DNA of 59,427 nucleotides from Perkinsus chesapeaki ATCC PRA-425 (Eukaryota; Protista; Perkinsozoa): NCBI GenBank assembly GCA_013115145.1, contig JAAPAO010000164.1, positions 1 to 59,427 of the forward strand, read 5' to 3'. Shown piece by piece: positions 56,342 to 59,427 of this stretch (position 1 is its first letter; each line of letters starts with the position of its first letter). The notes under the pieces were generated by a model. It saw only the letters and a program-made list of their open reading frames with translations, ran no database searches and was not told where the DNA came from. The position numbers and the translations under genes were made by a program.

Positions 56342-57895
56342 TTAACGAGTAGGAGTGGTGGCCATGTACGAATGACCGCCGTTATGTGGTGACCCGTTTG
56401 CAGCGTACATGGCAGCCGAGCTCGCATTGGGAAATAGCTGGACTTGAGTTAAGGTGTCGGATGTGTTAGGCAGCACCTGGACTGAATTGTCCGATACAGA
56501 ATCGCCAGACGACAATGACAAGTTTGCTCGGTTTAAGACGAACTCCTCGGGTGTGAATGGCACCGGCACCTGATAGAGCTGGAGGAGCTCCCGAACAGGA
56601 ACGCCTGGTGGTGTGCGCTTGATAGCGCTGACGGGCACAATAGAAGGCATCTCTTTTGGGGGTGGCTCGAAGTAAACCATACGATTCTCCTTGATGATCT
56701 TCTGACACTCGGCCTTCACTTTAGCGATGGTAGCCTCTACAGTTCGCCGCATATGCGGTACTGATACCTAAGTGAAGGTATCGACGTTAAGAAGTATGGT
56801 CGAGGGAGGAACCACCTGTTGGAGAGCGCCTTCAGTCTCCCTCACTGCAGCCATTGCACGATCCGCCCAGGCGTTGGCCACACCGAAGTGTTCCACCTCG
56901 AACTCAGCGGAAGCCATAAGAGTGTTGGCCCGAGCTCTGTACAGAGGACCGACAACACTGACATGGTTGATAAGATGGGCAAGGCCATCGGACCCTGAAC
57001 TCGGATACTTTACCACAGACAACCTAAGAGCTCTCACCTCTGAGGGCGCCCTGCACTGGTCTGGCATCAGCATCCACTTGCATAGCCAACTTCGCGAGGA
57101 GGTTCTTCGACCCAGAGCGACTGGCCGCCAGCTCGAATGCGCAGATTTGACCACACAGATGGCTATAAGAACACAGCCCTCCGAGAACCTGGAAAATGTA
57201 CATCACGGAGCATCCAGCACAGGAAAGCCCACCCTGGGGTCCAGCTCGGGTATGGCGGCGGTCATGGTAGTGAGAGTGTCACGGCAAGTCTGGAACGCCG
57301 TGGAGGCTTTGCTGCAAATCTTGGCGACCTGAGAGGATATCTATTATTAGTCGGGGCGAAGTTAAGACGGTTACTTCATCCAATCCGGTGGTGACAATTT
57401 CTCCGCTACTCGAGTCGACGACGAATCGTTGAGCTGCTTGCTCAAGGAGGGAACATGCGTACACGAAGAGGGTCTAAGCAGGGTTTTGGAACCGAGAAAA
57501 GATTCCTCGGAGGTTACCATGGTGATATCTATGCCGATGGCTTGAGTAGAGGTCTTCTCCTCGCTGGGCTCAACGACGACTTCGGGGGTAAGGCCAGATC
57601 TCCATCTTATCGTATACTTCCGTTTGAAGGGCACTGTCTTAGACACCTCCGCCAGGGCCAGAAGGTTGTTAATATAATCGACACATGCGCTAAGGGAAAT
57701 GCATCCAGAAGGGAAAGTTGAGACGGCCTACTTCTGGATGTCGCTGGGAGGATGTCTATTAGCGAGATGAGAATTAAGTTCGCTTCGGAGACTAGTCATC
57801 GCTCGGAGCTTGATGGCCGCCGGCGAGTCGATGAGAGTTTCGAACTTAAAGGGAGTAGCGTCCCCAATGGAGGGAGGCTGCACTGGTAGAATCAT
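56342..57895 (-). CDS. BRO1-domain protein (BROX/ALIX-like)
   Basis: YINNLLAL..TIRWRSGL, helical TPR-like exons, FGVANAW, KIIKENRMVYFEPPP, Pro-rich tail. Confidence 0.7.
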
Positions 57896-58290
57896 TGGCA
57901 CTACCAAAAATTACAAACCTGATCGGTACACCACCGGTCTTCCCCTAATCTCCCTCGATACGGTTCCCTTTAAACCGCCAATAGTAAAGTTCTGGCACTC
58001 TCTGGGATGAATCTCCCAGGCCCCAGGGCCCCGGGAGGCATATTTAGCAAGAACAGAGACGCGCCTGTTAGCGTTATGCCATGCGGAGATAGACTGGGCA
58101 AGATACATAGCTTTTTCATGGAGTGGCAGGCCCAATTAGTCTACTTGGGAAGACCAAATTGAAAACGCGTTTTCTCCATTTAATCTGCACGCATGCGTCA
58201 GCCGAAGCCGCAGGTTCGATACCCGGCGACGACATTTCTATGGCACGCGACGCATCAAACAGCACTGTAGCCCAAGCTCAGTTTTTTGAT

Positions 58291-59305
58291 ATGTACTCCG
58301 CGGTGCAGAACTCTCAGCTGTACCCGAACGGCCAGCCGGCTCAAGGTGGTATCTTTAGGTCGCTTTGGCGTCATGCGGTCCGCTGCTTAGGTATGTATCC
58401 GTCTGGTGCAGCAGTCCCTTCGATGACCGCCGTGCCGAGCGGCTTCATTGGGACAGGAGGCCTGACGGCACCAAAAATGTCATTATCTCCGCAAGAGGAA
58501 GCATTGTAAGTGGGAATCTTAGGCTAACCCGCGGAAGATACGGAATAGGCCGGAAAATTGACCATCAGTTACCCAATGCTTTTCCGGGTCGCTAATAAAT
58601 CCAATAAATCCAGGATAAGTGGTAACGAGGCGGCCGACTTCCTAGCCAAGTCCAAGCTGTCCCGTAAGACTCTACATGATATCTGGAATCTATCTGACAG
58701 CGATGACATGGGCAGCCTCAGCCCCTTCGAGTAGGCATCCTTGTTCGAAGCCAAACGTAGGCAGTTCCCTCTTCAGTTTCTATAAAGCCTGCCGGTTAGT
58801 GGCCCATGCCCAGTCTGGTGTCGTTGTGATGTCTCCTCAGCTCTTAAGTGTAAGTAATGAGTCGACCAGGCTTTACTAGTGATATCCGAAAACCTCCCTT
58901 GCACTTTATTATCCAACTTTCAAGAGTTTTACAAATTAAAGCTAAGGTTAAGGTTGGCAGCTTCCAAGCTCGTCCGGCACTGCTACGTGTGTTTGCTATG
59001 GGATCATATCAGATGGAGCCTCCGGTCCTACCTGTCTTTGAAGGCATCGAGGCTGATAAAAGCACGGTGAGACGGTCCAAGGCAGCACCCGAGGGAGCAG
59101 TGGAGAGCAGCCTCAGCCCTATATGGCAGCTCACACGTACGTGTTTGGGTTATAAGGACGCCCTGTTAGAAATGGATAATAACATTATACAGAACGTTTT
59201 TGACAACAAAGGCTTACTGCGGTAGATAATATGAGTCGTCGATTGGAACTCGGTGACGTCTCTGGCTCATATGCGCCGCCGTTTTCGATCATCTTATGGT
59301 CTATA
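58291..59305 (+). CDS. EH (Eps15-homology) domain protein, 5' part; truncated by the window end
   Basis: ISGNEAADFLAKSKLSRKTLHDIWNLSDSDDMGSLSPFE|FYKACRLVAHAQ matches the EH consensus. Confidence 0.8.

Positions 59306-59427
<122 letters not shown>

Overview
This is gene-dense eukaryotic nuclear DNA with many short (about 40-60 nt) GT-AG introns. Intron style, secreted-protein families, and A1/S28/C1 proteases suggest a perkinsid alveolate (Perkinsus-like); that assignment is inference. About 20 genes were reconstructed by eye, and coordinates are gene spans including introns. Recognisable genes: DHX8/PRP22, a Frag1/DRAM protein, an intronless A1 aspartic protease, a large WD40 protein, an OMS1-like methyltransferase, HPF1, NDC80, an AIP2-like RING-H2 ligase, an RsuA-family pseudouridine synthase, cathepsin C, an HSD17B4-like SDR+SCP2 enzyme, an S28 peptidase, and BTB, BRO1 and EH-domain proteins. 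Genes sit in long same-strand blocks, often with an AG acceptor just before the ATG. Mobile DNA includes a TA-flanked MITE with 224-bp terminal inverted repeats (TIRs) and a Tc1/Tc3-like transposase relic, both in introns. The most unusual signals are: (i) a dense cluster of palindromes with a one-nucleotide centre around the intronless protease, with similar palindromes in other non-coding DNA; (ii) a secreted protein with an RyR-like H..W/HPxLxxYxxLxExEKxKDR domain; (iii) a tandem pair of type-I membrane proteins with a 4-Cys ectodomain and RRxS-rich tails. The terminal poly-G is probably an artefact. No database searches were run; family calls rest on motif recall.
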